Numbered from the stretch's first letter, positions 12,843 to 23,921 are shown. The stretch: 64,000 bases of DNA from Bacteroidales bacterium (GCA_022009815.1 CP091725.1:1991972-2055971); one strand, 5' to 3'. The notes: generated from the sequence alone by a model not told the origin. Translations and numbers: made by a program.

Positions 12843-12990
12843 AAGATAGTGCAAGCCGAGAGGAAAGAAAAGAGCTTGCTCGATTTTCTTTTCCGAGGCG
12901 CCGCCTATTTTATGAAAAGATAGTGCAAATCGAATGCAAAGCGGCAAATTTATTTGCACGATTTGCTAAGATGCCGCCTATTTTATGAAA
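12843..12990. repeat. two further copies of the 74-bp repeat family, the second with a different hairpin core
   Basis: Copy 12843-12916 is near-identical to the 11971 array. Copy 12917-12990 keeps the flanks (aagatagtgcaa ... gccgcctattttat) but replaces the core with gcaaatcgaatgcaaagcggcaaatttatttgcacgatttgc. Confidence 0.85.
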
Positions 12991-13089
12991 AGAATTTTGA
13001 AGAGAAGATGACTTTTTACAAAAGAATTCTTGGAAATCGGGAAAATAGTGCTTAACTTCGTTGGAAATAACGAAATAAACCTAATAATT

Positions 13090-14268
13090 ATGAGAATCAT
13101 CAATTGTTTGAAGGCTGCCGTGCTGGCAGTGTTGGTGGGCGGCTCGTTGTGGAGTTGCTCGGGTGACAAGGGAAAGACCCGTTATGTACCGGTGGTGCTC
13201 GACGGCGAGGAGAAGTGGAGTATTCTGGACACGAAGACAGGCGATGTGCTTTGCCAGAATGATTTTGATGAAATGCCGTCGGTTGTTGAAGACGGGATGT
13301 TTGTGGTGCGCACGAAGAGTGGCTACTATGAGTGCTATAAGATTGACGACTCGAAAAATGCCATAGGCAAGGGCAAATATACGCAGCTCGGCACGTTTGG
13401 CGATGAAGACGTGACGTTTGCTGTGAAAGAAGGGCAAGGCATTATGATTGTCAACAAGAAATTTGAAGAGGTGAAGAAACTGCCTAAAAAAGTGTCGCGG
13501 ACAAGCGGTTTCTCTGAAGGCCTTGCCGCATTCTGCAAAGACGGCAAGTGGGGATTTCTCGACACGAAAGGAGAGGAAGTTGTCCCTGCAAAATACGATC
13601 AAGCCACTCCGTTTTCCGACGGCCGGGCGTTTGTGTTGAAGAATGAGAAGATTTTGATTATCGACAAAAAAGGCGAGACGATAAAGTCGATGAGCCTGGA
13701 TAAATACAACCCGATTGCATTCTATCACAATGGCTATGCACCGATTGCGAAGGGCGACAAGGTCGTGTTTCTTGACAAGAACGGCGAAGAGGCGTTCACC
13801 AACAGCAAGATGGAGAGTGACGGTTGCTATGAAATCAACGACGGCAAGACGGTGTTCCGCAGAGACGACAGATATGGCCTCATCTCTACCGACGGCGAGG
13901 TGCTTGTGCGCCCGAAATACTTATCGTTGGAGTATGCAAGCAAGAACCGCTACATTGCCTGCAACGACGACTTTAAATTTGGCGTGATTGACGCTAAAGG
14001 CGATGTTGTTATTGATTTTGAATACAGCGGACTGAAACAGACTTCTGTTGTCACCGACCGCTATTTTGCCAAAGACGGCAATTCGTGGGTGCTTATCAAC
14101 GAGAAAGGCGAGGAGCAGACAAAGGATTCCTACAAGGAGCTGAATTTAGCCGGGTCGCATGTCGACGTGTTCTACAGCGAGGTTGCCGAGGAGCCCGTGT
14201 TTGAGCCAGAGCCAGACGATTATGGCGTTGACTCTGCTGTCGTCGAAGAGGTGGCGGAGGCATATTGA
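13090..14268 (+). CDS. WG-repeat lipoprotein
   Basis: A lipoprotein signal is present (MRIINCLKAAVLAVLVGGSLWSC). Repeats of the KWGFLDTKGEEVVPAKYD type recur, and the C-terminus is acidic. The start was chosen at the ATG at 13090 rather than the listed 13030. Confidence 0.75.
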   Translation: MRIINCLKAAVLAVLVGGSLWSCSGDKGKTRYVPVVLDGEEKWSILDTKTGDVLCQNDFDEMPSVVEDGMFVVRTKSGYYECYKIDDSKNAIGKGKYTQLGTFGDEDVTFAVKEGQGIMIVNKKFEEVKKLPKKVSRTSGFSEGLAAFCKDGKWGFLDTKGEEVVPAKYDQATPFSDGRAFVLKNEKILIIDKKGETIKSMSLDKYNPIAFYHNGYAPIAKGDKVVFLDKNGEEAFTNSKMESDGCYEINDGKTVFRRDDRYGLISTDGEVLVRPKYLSLEYASKNRYIACNDDFKFGVIDAKGDVVIDFEYSGLKQTSVVTDRYFAKDGNSWVLINEKGEEQTKDSYKELNLAGSHVDVFYSEVAEEPVFEPEPDDYGVDSAVVEEVAEAY

Positions 14269-14292
14269 TGTCATTATAAACATATAAAAAAA

Positions 14293-14328
14293 CAGTCGAG
14301 GCATGCGGATTACCGCATGCCTCGACTG
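14293..14328. terminator. bidirectional terminator hairpin between convergent genes
   Basis: A perfect 16-bp stem (cagtcgaggcatgcgg / ccgcatgcctcgactg) closes an atta loop. An A run precedes it and a T-rich stretch follows. Confidence 0.75.
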
Positions 14329-14331
14329 CCA

Positions 14332-14997
14332 TTATTTTGTGGCGCGGAGTATTTCGCGCTTGCCTCCGGGCGGTCCGGGCAGACGTTCGACGGTGAACCC
14401 TACCGACTGCAGAAGACGGCGCACAGCGCCTTTTGCGCAATATGTGGTCAGGATGCCGCCGTCGGCCATCGCGTCATAGATGCGGCTGAAGATGCTTTCC
14501 GACCACATCTCCGGTTGCTTTTCAGGAGCGAAAGCGTCGAAATAGACCACATCGATGCCTTCGGGCAGCGGTGTGGTGGCGACATCGCCGAGAATCTTGT
14601 GGAGTGTGAACTGAGGCGTGACGACTACGGGGGTGTCCCATGCCGCCGCTGCCAGCTGTCTTATCATGTCGTCGACAGGGGCATCCACCGTGCGGCTGTA
14701 GGCGGCAGCGTCGTCGGCCGACAAGGGGTAGCGCTCCACGCTGTGGTAGTCAATGTGCCTGTTGTCGGTGTTGAGAGCCGTCAGGGCAGCGTTGAGTCCG
14801 GTGCCGAAGCCCACTTCAAACACGGTTATGTCCGACTTGCGGCAGTGGCGTAGCCCGCAGTTGATGAAAATGTGGGTCGATTCTGTAAGCGCGCCTTTCA
14901 CAGAGTGGTAATGCTCGTCGAGGTCGGGCAGATATATTGTTGAAGAACCGTCGGCTGTCTGTTCCAGCCGACGGTTCTGTATCGTTGCGTTGTCCAT
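14332..14997 (-). CDS. mnmD: tRNA (mnm5s2U34) methyltransferase, MnmD/MnmC C-domain-like SAM-dependent methyltransferase
   Basis: The motif FDAFAPEKQPEMW and the tail GFTVERLPGPPGGKREILRA are typical of this family. The start was taken at MDNATIQ (14997), a few nt after the U32 gene stop. Confidence 0.78.
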   Translation of the reverse strand: MDNATIQNRRLEQTADGSSTIYLPDLDEHYHSVKGALTESTHIFINCGLRHCRKSDITVFEVGFGTGLNAALTALNTDNRHIDYHSVERYPLSADDAAAYSRTVDAPVDDMIRQLAAAAWDTPVVVTPQFTLHKILGDVATTPLPEGIDVVYFDAFAPEKQPEMWSESIFSRIYDAMADGGILTTYCAKGAVRRLLQSVGFTVERLPGPPGGKREILRATK

Positions 14998-15002
14998 TGC
15001 GT

Positions 15003-16271
15003 TTACTTGATTACCCTTTGCCGGCGCACTTCCTCCACATCGCGCCACACGTAGAGTTTGTCGCTCGGGCGCACACGCTCGTCGACTTTTATTGAGAATC
15101 GCTCTCCACGCACCGTCTTCTCCACCGGTTTCAGGTCGACGCGTATTTCCTCCACTTTCATGATGATGGCGCCGGTTGTCGGTCCCGATATTACAATCTC
15201 GTCGCCCACGTGCAACTCATCGTTCTCCATAAGGAATTCTGCCACATGGATGTTTGAGAAATAGCGCACGCCTTTGGCGGCGTAGATTTTCACGCGAGTC
15301 GCCGAAGAACCGTATTTTGATGTCCATTCGCCGAGACGCTGACCGAGATAGTAGCCATTCCAGAATCCGCGGTTGAACACCTTCTTCAGCCGTTCGTCCC
15401 ATCCGGCAACCATCTCCTCCGAATATGTACCGTCGCAGCATGCGTTGATAGCCTCGTTGTAGCACGACACGACGGTGCGCACATATTCTGCCGAACGGGC
15501 GCGTCCCTCGATTTTGAACACTCGCACGCCGGCATCGATCATCTTGTTCATAAAATGGATGGTCTTCAAGTCTTTGGGCGACATGATGTATTTGTTTTCG
15601 ATGGCGAGCTGGTCGCCCGTCTCGCGGTCGGTCACCTCGTAGCCGCGTCGGCAAATCTGCGTGCATGCGCCCCGGTTTGCCGACGAGTTCATTTCGTGCA
15701 GACTCAGATAGCATTTGCCCGACACCGCCATGCAGAGCGCGCCGTGGCAAAACATTTCGATGCGCAGACGTTCGCCGTGCGGTCCGCAGATGTTGTCGCG
15801 CTGGATGGTGTCGTAGATGCCCGCCACCTGTGTCAGGTTGAGCTCGCGCGCCAGCACAAGCACATCGGCATACTGCGCATAGAATCTTGCAGCCTCGCTG
15901 TTTGACACGTTCACTTGCGTCGAGATGTGCACTTCCACGTCGATGCTGCGCGCATATAGGATTGTGGCCATGTCGGAGGCTATGATTGCCGAAATCTTCG
16001 CTTCCTTGGCGGCGTTTACAATCTCGTGCATCAGAGCGATGTCCTCGTCGTAGACAATCGTGTTGACTGTCAGATAGCTTTTCAGTCCGTTCTCGTCGCA
16101 GATGCCTGCAATCTTGCGAAGGTCGTCGGTGGTGAAATTGTTGGCTGAGCGGGCACGCATGTTCAGCCCCTCGATGCCGAAATATATAGCGTCGGCGCCT
16201 CCCTGAATCGCAGCGTAGAGCGACTCGTAGGAGCCTACCGGGGCCATTATCTCAAAGTCTTTTCTGTTCAT
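15003..16271 (-). CDS. peptidase U32 family protein
   Basis: The N-terminus EIMAPVGSYESLYAAIQGGADAIYFG and the 422-aa length fit the U32 (PrtC-like) family. Confidence 0.86.
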   Translation of the reverse strand: MNRKDFEIMAPVGSYESLYAAIQGGADAIYFGIEGLNMRARSANNFTTDDLRKIAGICDENGLKSYLTVNTIVYDEDIALMHEIVNAAKEAKISAIIASDMATILYARSIDVEVHISTQVNVSNSEAARFYAQYADVLVLARELNLTQVAGIYDTIQRDNICGPHGERLRIEMFCHGALCMAVSGKCYLSLHEMNSSANRGACTQICRRGYEVTDRETGDQLAIENKYIMSPKDLKTIHFMNKMIDAGVRVFKIEGRARSAEYVRTVVSCYNEAINACCDGTYSEEMVAGWDERLKKVFNRGFWNGYYLGQRLGEWTSKYGSSATRVKIYAAKGVRYFSNIHVAEFLMENDELHVGDEIVISGPTTGAIIMKVEEIRVDLKPVEKTVRGERFSIKVDERVRPSDKLYVWRDVEEVRRQRVIK

Positions 16272-16436
16272 ATCCTTAAATTTAGTGCAAATTTAATGCA
16301 AATTATACGCACTTGCGAACTTTTCTGATTAAACTTGCGCCATTTGCGGTTTTGACGATAAAAATAGTGGGGTGAGGACAGCGATTTCGGCAAAAAGAGT
16401 TAATTTTGTAAATTAATCAAAAGCAGAAGCAGAAAG

Positions 16437-16826
16437 ATGAAGATATTGGATAGAATTCCACGGTTTCTGACATCGGCGGTCGTAACTGCTGGCGTGCTTT
16501 ATCTGACGTTGGCGCCGCGTCCGTTCGGGAGTGTGCGCATTCCTCTGTTTGAGGGAGCCGACAAGGTGGTGCATTTTATGATGTTTTTCGCCATGGCTTT
16601 TGCCTATCATTTCGATTTCCGTCGTAGCAAGAAGCCGGTCGACGAAGCGCGTCTTATGGGCTGGATATTTGTCAGCCTCTCGGCTTTCGGCGGATTGATT
16701 GAATTGGCCCAATGGAAGATGCGGATGGGGCGCAGCGGCGATTGGTATGACCTGCTTGCCGACATCGCTGGCGCTGTCTACGGCATCATTCTGGCTTGGC
16801 TGATTTCAGCAAAAAACAAACATTGA
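16437..16826 (+). CDS. VanZ-like membrane protein
   Basis: 129-aa protein with four hydrophobic segments and the motif DKVVHFMMFFAMAF. Its stop overlaps the tamB ATG (TGATG). A TAatTTTG -7 box lies around 16403-16410. Confidence 0.65.
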   Translation: MKILDRIPRFLTSAVVTAGVLYLTLAPRPFGSVRIPLFEGADKVVHFMMFFAMAFAYHFDFRRSKKPVDEARLMGWIFVSLSAFGGLIELAQWKMRMGRSGDWYDLLADIAGAVYGIILAWLISAKNKH

Positions 16827-19800
16827 TGACAGACGGTAAAGAGACACAACAGCAGCCTGTAGAGAAGAAAATTGTACGGCACAAGACGGCAAAGCGGATA
16901 TTGAGAGCGGTTGCCGCCGTTGCCGTTGTGCTGTTTGTCCTGCCGTCGTTGCTTTATATTCCCGGTGTGCAGCGCGCCGTCAAAAATTTTGTGGTGGAGA
17001 AGGTGGCAGAGTCTACCGGCTACACTGTCGAGATTGGCGAACTGTCGCTTAAGTTTCCTTTGCGTCTTTCCATCGACAATCTGCTTGTGCTTGACGAGCA
17101 TCGCGACACGATGATTCAGAGCCGCCATGTGGCAACCAACGTGCGCCTGCTGTCGTTGCTGACGGGCGATGTCGGGATTGGAGGAGTCAGTGTCGACCAG
17201 GCATATTACAGGATGCTGAGCAAAGACTCGTCGATGCTTCTCACGGCGCGTCTGCGCAGCTTCTCTTTGTCGCGCAGCCGCTACGGACTGTTGTCTGACC
17301 ATATCGACCTCGGTGAGGCGATGGTTGACGGAGCCGACGCGGTCATTTTGTTTGACAACCGCAAGGCAAAGCCTGAGCCGAAGGACACATCGGCGCAAAT
17401 TCCTCTGCTCATCACCGTGGACAAACTGGGCATCAGAAATCTGCACTACCGCATGGAGATGATGCCGACGATAGAACGTCTTGATGCGGCGGTTGCCGAA
17501 GGAGAAATCCGTGATGTGTGTGTCAACATGTCGACAAACCTTGTGCGCGTGGCGTCGCTTGGCGTGGCGCGTCTGAATGCCGAATATATCCAGCCTACTG
17601 AAAAATCAGCCAAGGCATTTGAGGCGCAGCTGCCTCCCGACACAATGAAAACAGATGCCGCAGGAAAGCCGTGGACGGTGGTGGCGCGGCATTTCAGGGT
17701 GGCAGACAGCCGTGCGCTTTATGCCACGAGTGGAGCAAGTGGGGGAATAGGTTTTGATCCTGCCTACATACAGCTCGACAGCATCAACATTTCTGTCGAC
17801 AATCTGTATAACCGCGGCTCGATGATTCGTCTGCCGCTAACTGCGTTGTCGGCGCGCGAGCGTTGTGGGCTCAAGGTGGCGTCGACATCGGGAATTGTGG
17901 CCATCGACGACAAAAAAATGAGCGTTGAACAGTTCCGCCTGGCTACAGCCGACTCGGAGTTTGGCATCGACGCTTGTCTTGACGCGTCGGCGCTGAGCGG
18001 CGACGACAATGCCCGGGTGGATGCGAAGATAACATCGAAAATCTCACTTTCCGATGCCGGAAAGATTATGCCGCTGCTGAAGCCTTTGTGGAAGTCGTTC
18101 GGCAGCCGCACTGTGGACCTCAGCGTCGACGCGGGCGGCACGATGCGCGCTGTTGATGTGAGGAGGGTGGAGGTGAGTGTTCCTAAAGTGCTCGACATTA
18201 AGCTCAAGGGCCGGTTCAGCAACGTGATGAAGCCACAGTATATGCGTGGCGCTGTCGACATTGACGGGCGCATGACGGGCGGCAGCTATCTGAAGCGGGC
18301 ACTTGCTCTGCCGGCTGATGTCAACGTGCCGGCGGTGGCGTTGAAAGGAAAGATTGACTACAGCGACGAGAAGGCCAGCGGCATCCTGCGCGCCACTTCC
18401 GGTGGTGGCAAAGTGGTTGCCGACGGAAAAATAAATCTCAAGAACGAGCATTACGACGCAGAGGTGAATCTGGCGGGATTCAATGTGCGCGGTGTGCTGC
18501 CGGCGGGCGATATAGGCTCTGTCAGCGGCTCTGTCACCGTCGAAGGTTCGGGCTACGATATCTATAAGATGTGCACTGACGCGTTTGCCGATATCGCAAG
18601 CATAGAATATGCCGGAGTGGAATACCGCGACCTGTCGGCATCTGCCAGTCTCGATAACGGCAGCTACGATGTGGCGTTGTCGTCTAACGATGAGAAGGTG
18701 ATGCTTGGCATGAATTTGCAGGGACAGATGACGCCTGATGAGTATCATGTTAAATTCAACGGCCGTATCGACAATATCGACCTTGTGGCGATGAATATGG
18801 CAACAGAGCGTCTGTCGGGCGGAATGAACATACAGGGCGTAGGACTTATAAATCCGAAAAAAGAAGAATATGCCGGCTATATGCGCTTGTCCGATTTATT
18901 TGTGCTGCTTCCGGGCAACACGTTCCGCACAGACAGCATCGACATGGGGTTCCGTTCGAATCCTGAACACACTGGGTTCCGCCTGCGCAACAACGATATG
19001 CGCATGTCGTTCCAGACTCCGGTGGGGCTGACAGCTCTGTCCGACTCATTGGCACAGATAATGCCGGCTGTCGACAGTATGCTTGTGGCGCAGCGTCTCA
19101 ACCTTGTACAGCTTAACCGATGCCTGCCGCTGTTCACTCTCGACTTCAAGTCGAAAGACCGCAACATCGTGCAGAAATATTTCTCTGGTATGGGCGCAAG
19201 CTACGGCGAGCTCAACATTGGTGTGGAGAAGCGTGAAGAACTGAGGCTACAGGCGTCGCTTCGTGATTTCGGCGTGGGCGACGTGCGTTTCGACGAGATA
19301 ACAATGGAAAGCCACACCGACTGCGACTCGCTGATATACAGCCTCGGCGTCAACAACAAGCCGGGCAATGCCGAGTTTCTGAAAACGGCTACGATAAAAG
19401 GGTCGGTGAGCGCAAACTGTGCCGACATATTCATAACGCAGGTGGACCGTTACGACGAGACGGGATTCAAGTTCGGACTGCGGGCGGAAATCGCCGACAG
19501 CATCGTCACGGCACGCCTTTATCCGCTGAATCCACGCATCGCCTTCCGCGACTGGACGGTCAACGAGAGCAACTACGTGGCATACGACATGAACAAGAAT
19601 CTGTTTAAGGCAAGTATGACGGTCAACAGTGCCGACAAGAGCCTTATCAAGCTCTACACCGACCGCGACGGGTTGTTTCACAACGGCATCAATGCCGAGC
19701 TTGCGGGCATCGAGCTGCGCGATTGGCTTGTGTTGTCGCCTTTTGCTCCGCCGATCGACGGCACGCTGTCGGGCAATGCGAAAATCAATTTCAACGAGCA

Positions 19801-21577
19801 ATATTATTGGGGCGACTGTTGTGTAAGGGTCGACCGTATGTCGTACGGCAAGAAGCTTGTGGGCAATCTCGACCTTGACGCCAAGCTTGCCATGACCGAC
19901 GATGCGAAAAAGACATACGCGCTTGCCGACATGGAGCTTGACGGAAAGGAGATAATGACTCTGCGCGGCATGAAAAACGATTCGTTGCCAACCTCGGAAT
20001 ACAATCTCGACATTGCCATCAAGCGTCTTCCGCTGTCGAGGGCGAGTGCGTTTCTTCCCGACGGTACCGGCGACATGACGGGCTATCTTAACGGCTCTAT
20101 GAAAGTGGTGGGACCGGAGACTAATCCATCAATCAACGGCTATCTGCAGTTTGACACCGCACAGGTGCGCATACAGAACTACGGGTCGGCGCTTACATTT
20201 GACGGCCGCCGCATCCCTGTCGACAACGGGCGTGTGAGGTTTGACTCTTATGAGTTGCGCGGCGCCAACGGCAAGCCGATTACTATCGATGGATATGTCG
20301 ACTTGTCAATGAATGTAGACAAAATTTATTCAGACATAAAGCTCAAAGGGCGCAACGTGCAGGTAATCAATGGAAAGAAGCGTGGCAGAGTGGAACTTTA
20401 CGGCAAGGGATTCGTAGACATAAACGGCGCCGTGAAAGGCTATGCCAACAATCTCGACATGCGTGCCTCGGTAAGCATCCTTGCCGGAACCAATCTCACC
20501 TATGTTTGCCAGACATCGTCGGTGGCGCTGACGGAGGGCGCTGACGAGGGCGTCGTGAAATTTGTGAATTTCTCCGACACCACCCGCCATGCTGCCGACA
20601 GCCTTGCCGCACAGCCTTATGCCATGCGCATAAAGGCGGCGCTGATTGTGCAGCCTAACGCTGTGTTCAACGTCAACCTGTCGCCCGACGGCAAGGACAA
20701 AGTGCAGATTGACGGGGAGGGAATGCTCAGCTATTCGCAAAACGACCAGGGCGACGCATCGCTCATAGGCCGATATGCCATCAATAGCGGTTTTGTGCGC
20801 TATTCACCGCCTATGATGTCGGAAAAGAATTTTAAATTCCAGGAAGGCAGCAGTCTGACGTGGAACGGAAATCTGCTCAACCCGTCGCTCAACATAAAGG
20901 CGGTGCAGGAAATGAAGGTAAACGTAAACGGTGGCAATCAAGGTTCGAGAACCGTGCCGTTTGACGTGATTCTCAATGTGGGCAACACGCTTAGCTCGCT
21001 TGCCGTTTCGTTCGACCTCAGCACCGACGGTGATATGACGATAGCCAACGAACTCAGCGGCATGACGGCGGAGCAGCGCGCCACGCAGGCAATGAACCTG
21101 CTGCTCTACAACACGTATACCGGCACTGGAAGCAGTGTGGGCAATCCTGCCGGCGGACTGTCGGGCAACATGGCTTTCTCTTTCCTTGAGTCGGTGGTCA
21201 ACAAGTGGGCTGCAAGCAACATCACGGGTGTTGACCTGTCAATAGGCATCGACCAGCAGGATCGTCTGACGTCGACAGGCACATCGAAGTCGATGAGTTA
21301 TTCCTACAAAGTGTCGAAAAGCGTGTTTGACGACCGTTTCAAGATTGTTGTCGGCGGCAACTACACCAGCGATGCCTCCGCCGAGGACAATTTGGCGCAG
21401 AATCTGCTCAACGACCTCTCGTTTGAATACAAACTCAACAAGACGGGCACAACCAACGTGAAACTGTTCTACCACAAGGAATACGAAAGCATTCTCGAGG
21501 GAGAGATAACCGAGTATGGAGCCGGATTTATGTGGAAACGCAAATCTCGTCGTTTAGAGATATGTTCAAATTTTTGA
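16826..21577 (+). CDS. tamB: translocation and assembly module protein TamB (DUF490-type)
   Basis: ~1580-aa protein with an N-terminal membrane anchor (ILRAVAAVAVVLFVLPSLLYIP), long beta-rich repeats, and a TamA/BamA-family gene immediately downstream. Confidence 0.82.
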   Translation: MTDGKETQQQPVEKKIVRHKTAKRILRAVAAVAVVLFVLPSLLYIPGVQRAVKNFVVEKVAESTGYTVEIGELSLKFPLRLSIDNLLVLDEHRDTMIQSRHVATNVRLLSLLTGDVGIGGVSVDQAYYRMLSKDSSMLLTARLRSFSLSRSRYGLLSDHIDLGEAMVDGADAVILFDNRKAKPEPKDTSAQIPLLITVDKLGIRNLHYRMEMMPTIERLDAAVAEGEIRDVCVNMSTNLVRVASLGVARLNAEYIQPTEKSAKAFEAQLPPDTMKTDAAGKPWTVVARHFRVADSRALYATSGASGGIGFDPAYIQLDSINISVDNLYNRGSMIRLPLTALSARERCGLKVASTSGIVAIDDKKMSVEQFRLATADSEFGIDACLDASALSGDDNARVDAKITSKISLSDAGKIMPLLKPLWKSFGSRTVDLSVDAGGTMRAVDVRRVEVSVPKVLDIKLKGRFSNVMKPQYMRGAVDIDGRMTGGSYLKRALALPADVNVPAVALKGKIDYSDEKASGILRATSGGGKVVADGKINLKNEHYDAEVNLAGFNVRGVLPAGDIGSVSGSVTVEGSGYDIYKMCTDAFADIASIEYAGVEYRDLSASASLDNGSYDVALSSNDEKVMLGMNLQGQMTPDEYHVKFNGRIDNIDLVAMNMATERLSGGMNIQGVGLINPKKEEYAGYMRLSDLFVLLPGNTFRTDSIDMGFRSNPEHTGFRLRNNDMRMSFQTPVGLTALSDSLAQIMPAVDSMLVAQRLNLVQLNRCLPLFTLDFKSKDRNIVQKYFSGMGASYGELNIGVEKREELRLQASLRDFGVGDVRFDEITMESHTDCDSLIYSLGVNNKPGNAEFLKTATIKGSVSANCADIFITQVDRYDETGFKFGLRAEIADSIVTARLYPLNPRIAFRDWTVNESNYVAYDMNKNLFKASMTVNSADKSLIKLYTDRDGLFHNGINAELAGIELRDWLVLSPFAPPIDGTLSGNAKINFNEQYYWGDCCVRVDRMSYGKKLVGNLDLDAKLAMTDDAKKTYALADMELDGKEIMTLRGMKNDSLPTSEYNLDIAIKRLPLSRASAFLPDGTGDMTGYLNGSMKVVGPETNPSINGYLQFDTAQVRIQNYGSALTFDGRRIPVDNGRVRFDSYELRGANGKPITIDGYVDLSMNVDKIYSDIKLKGRNVQVINGKKRGRVELYGKGFVDINGAVKGYANNLDMRASVSILAGTNLTYVCQTSSVALTEGADEGVVKFVNFSDTTRHAADSLAAQPYAMRIKAALIVQPNAVFNVNLSPDGKDKVQIDGEGMLSYSQNDQGDASLIGRYAINSGFVRYSPPMMSEKNFKFQEGSSLTWNGNLLNPSLNIKAVQEMKVNVNGGNQGSRTVPFDVILNVGNTLSSLAVSFDLSTDGDMTIANELSGMTAEQRATQAMNLLLYNTYTGTGSSVGNPAGGLSGNMAFSFLESVVNKWAASNITGVDLSIGIDQQDRLTSTGTSKSMSYSYKVSKSVFDDRFKIVVGGNYTSDASAEDNLAQNLLNDLSFEYKLNKTGTTNVKLFYHKEYESILEGEITEYGAGFMWKRKSRRLEICSNF

Positions 21578-21611
21578 AAAAGTGGCGACGCAAGCCCAAA
21601 GAGAATAAAGA

Positions 21612-23896
21612 ATGAAAAAACTGTTGTTTGCCATATTGATGTTGCTGGCGATGTCGGCGTGCTCAACCACTGCAAAGTTGGCTGAGGGCGACGTGCTGTA
21701 TACTGGAGTGAAGAAACTCGACGTGACAGCCGCCGACAGCGTAAAGATTCCGTCGGGCATATCCGACAACATCGGCGAAATCATCGATGTGCCAGCCAAC
21801 AACTCATGGTATTCGCCCTATGTGCGTTCGCCGTTCCCGCTTGGGCTGTGGCTCTACAATCACTGGCCGGAGGACTCCAAGGGGCTTAAGGGATGGATCT
21901 ATAGAAAGTTTGCCGAAGAACCGGTGCTGATGTCAGACGTGCGTCCCGACCTGCGGATGAAGATGGTGGAAGACATGCTCGACAAGAATGGATATTTCGG
22001 CTCAACCACGTCCTACGACTTGAAATACAGCAAGAAAAACAGCCGCAAGGCGCGCGTAAACTACTATGTGCGTCTGGCGCCGCCAAAGCGCATAGCCGAG
22101 ATTATATATCTGCCTGACTCTTCCGAGCTCAACGTGATGCTCAACCGCTATATGAAGCGCGACAAGTATATGAAACTTGACGCTATCATTTGCAACGACT
22201 CTCTTTCGGTGGCACGCAACCGTGTGACAAACCGCCTGCGCAACCACGGCTACTATTATTTCCGTCCGGAGTATATCACGTTTCTTGCCGACACGCTTCA
22301 AGTGCCGGGCAAGGTGGTGGTGAAGATTGACTATGCCGACAACATCCCCGACAAGGCGTTGTGGAAATACAAGGTAGGCGACGTGAAGACACTCGTGATG
22401 CGCAACGACAATGGCGGCACGCCCGACACGCTTATGACCGACAATGGAATCGTGGTGAAGATGGCGCCGTCGCGTCTGCGCAAGAGCCTTATCCCGTCGT
22501 GCATCACGTTGAACAAAGGCGACGATGTGAGCGTGCGCCGTCTCACCAACACACAGACCTATCTGTCGAGGCTCGGCATTTTCGATTTCATTTCGGTGAA
22601 TGCCACGCCGCTCGATTCAGTGAAGACAGCCACCCTTGATTTCGACATCACTTGCCATTTCGACAAGCCTCTCGAGACGCAGTTTGAGGCCAACTTGACT
22701 TCAAAATCCAACAACTATCTCGGTCCGGGAGTCTCATTTCAAGTGCTTAACCGCAATATCTTCGGAGGCGGCGAGCGGTTGACTGTAAAGTTTGACGCTG
22801 CTTATGAGTGGCAGATAGGCAAGGTGGATGGACGTCGCAACGACTTCAATTCGTATGAGTTCGGGTTGCAGACCGAGTTGGCGTTTCCGCGTCTGCTCGC
22901 ACCTCATTTCATCCCGTTTATCAAGCGTGAGCTGGCGTGGACGCGCTTCTCTCTCGGAGCGACGGTGATGAACAGACCTAAATTTTTCAAGATGGTGCAG
23001 TTTGACTTCGGCTGGAACTACGATTGGAAAGGCTCGCGCTATTCGCAGAATCAGGTGACGCTGTTTGGCTTGAAATACAACAAATTGCTGAGCACCACCG
23101 CCGATTTCGACAAGACAATGGAGGAAAATCCGGCAATAGCGCTTAGCTTCCGCAACCAGTTCATCCCGAAATTTGCATATACCTACACTTTCGACCGCGG
23201 CTTCGGCAAGACTCGCGACGACCAGCACTTTACGCTGCAGGCTGGATTCACTGAAGGCGGCAACTTGTTTGCCGGTATCTGGTCGCTCGCAGGAAACAAA
23301 GGGCAGAAAGAACTTTTCGGCACGCCGTTCTCGCAGTTTGTCAAAGCAACGTTGCAGATGGTCTATTCCAAGCGCATCACGGGCGAACAGCGCATCGTGG
23401 GACGCGTCTATGCCGGCGCGGCACATGCCTATGGCAACTCGCAGGAGGTGCCTTATGCGGAGCAGTTCTATGCCGGTGGAGCCAACTCCGTCAGAGCTTT
23501 TGCCGTGCGCAGCATAGGTCCTGGCAGTTATCACAGCAACGTCGATGGCAACGGATATTACGACCAGACGGGAACGTTCCGTTTCGAAATGAATGCGGAG
23601 TATCGTTTCCCATTGTCAGTGTGCTGAAGGGCGCCGTTTTTGTCGACGCCGGCAACATCTGGTTGTTGAAAGACGACCCTATGCGTTCCGGAGGTACGCT
23701 CAACAGCAATTTCTTCCGCGAGCTTGCCCTCGGCACAGGCTTGGGTTTACGTCTTGATATGGGTATGATTGTGGTGCGCGCCGACCTTGGCGTAGGGCTT
23801 CACTTGCCTTACGACACAGGCAAGTCGGGTTATTACAACATTGGTCGTTTCAAAGACAGCCTTGCCCTCAATCTTGCCATCGGCTATCCGTTTTGA
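21612..23896 (+). CDS. tamA: BamA/TamA-family outer membrane protein (surface antigen D15 type), one apparent frameshift near 23610-23625
   Basis: A lipoprotein signal is present (MKKLLFAILMLLAMSAC). The Omp85-type C-terminus is split between listed ORFs 21612-23627 and 23621-23896 and ends in ...LNLAIGYPF. Confidence 0.82.
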
Positions 23897-23921
23897 CGCA
23901 GATTGGTATGCAACGAAAATG

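Noticed and set aside
18946-18965. A tRNA T-arm-like string (ggggttccgttcgaatcctg).
   Set aside because: It lies in-frame inside the tamB coding sequence, with no acceptor or anticodon stems around it. I found no tRNA or rRNA in the window, including next to the ICE integrase.
21540-21615. An alternative TamB C-terminal tail (..RDMFKFLKKWRRKPKENKE*) whose TGA would overlap the tamA ATG at 21612.
   Set aside because: It is attractive because it would give an ATGA coupling. However, it needs an indel that I cannot place in a homopolymer, and I cannot verify the true TamB C-terminus, so it is not asserted.
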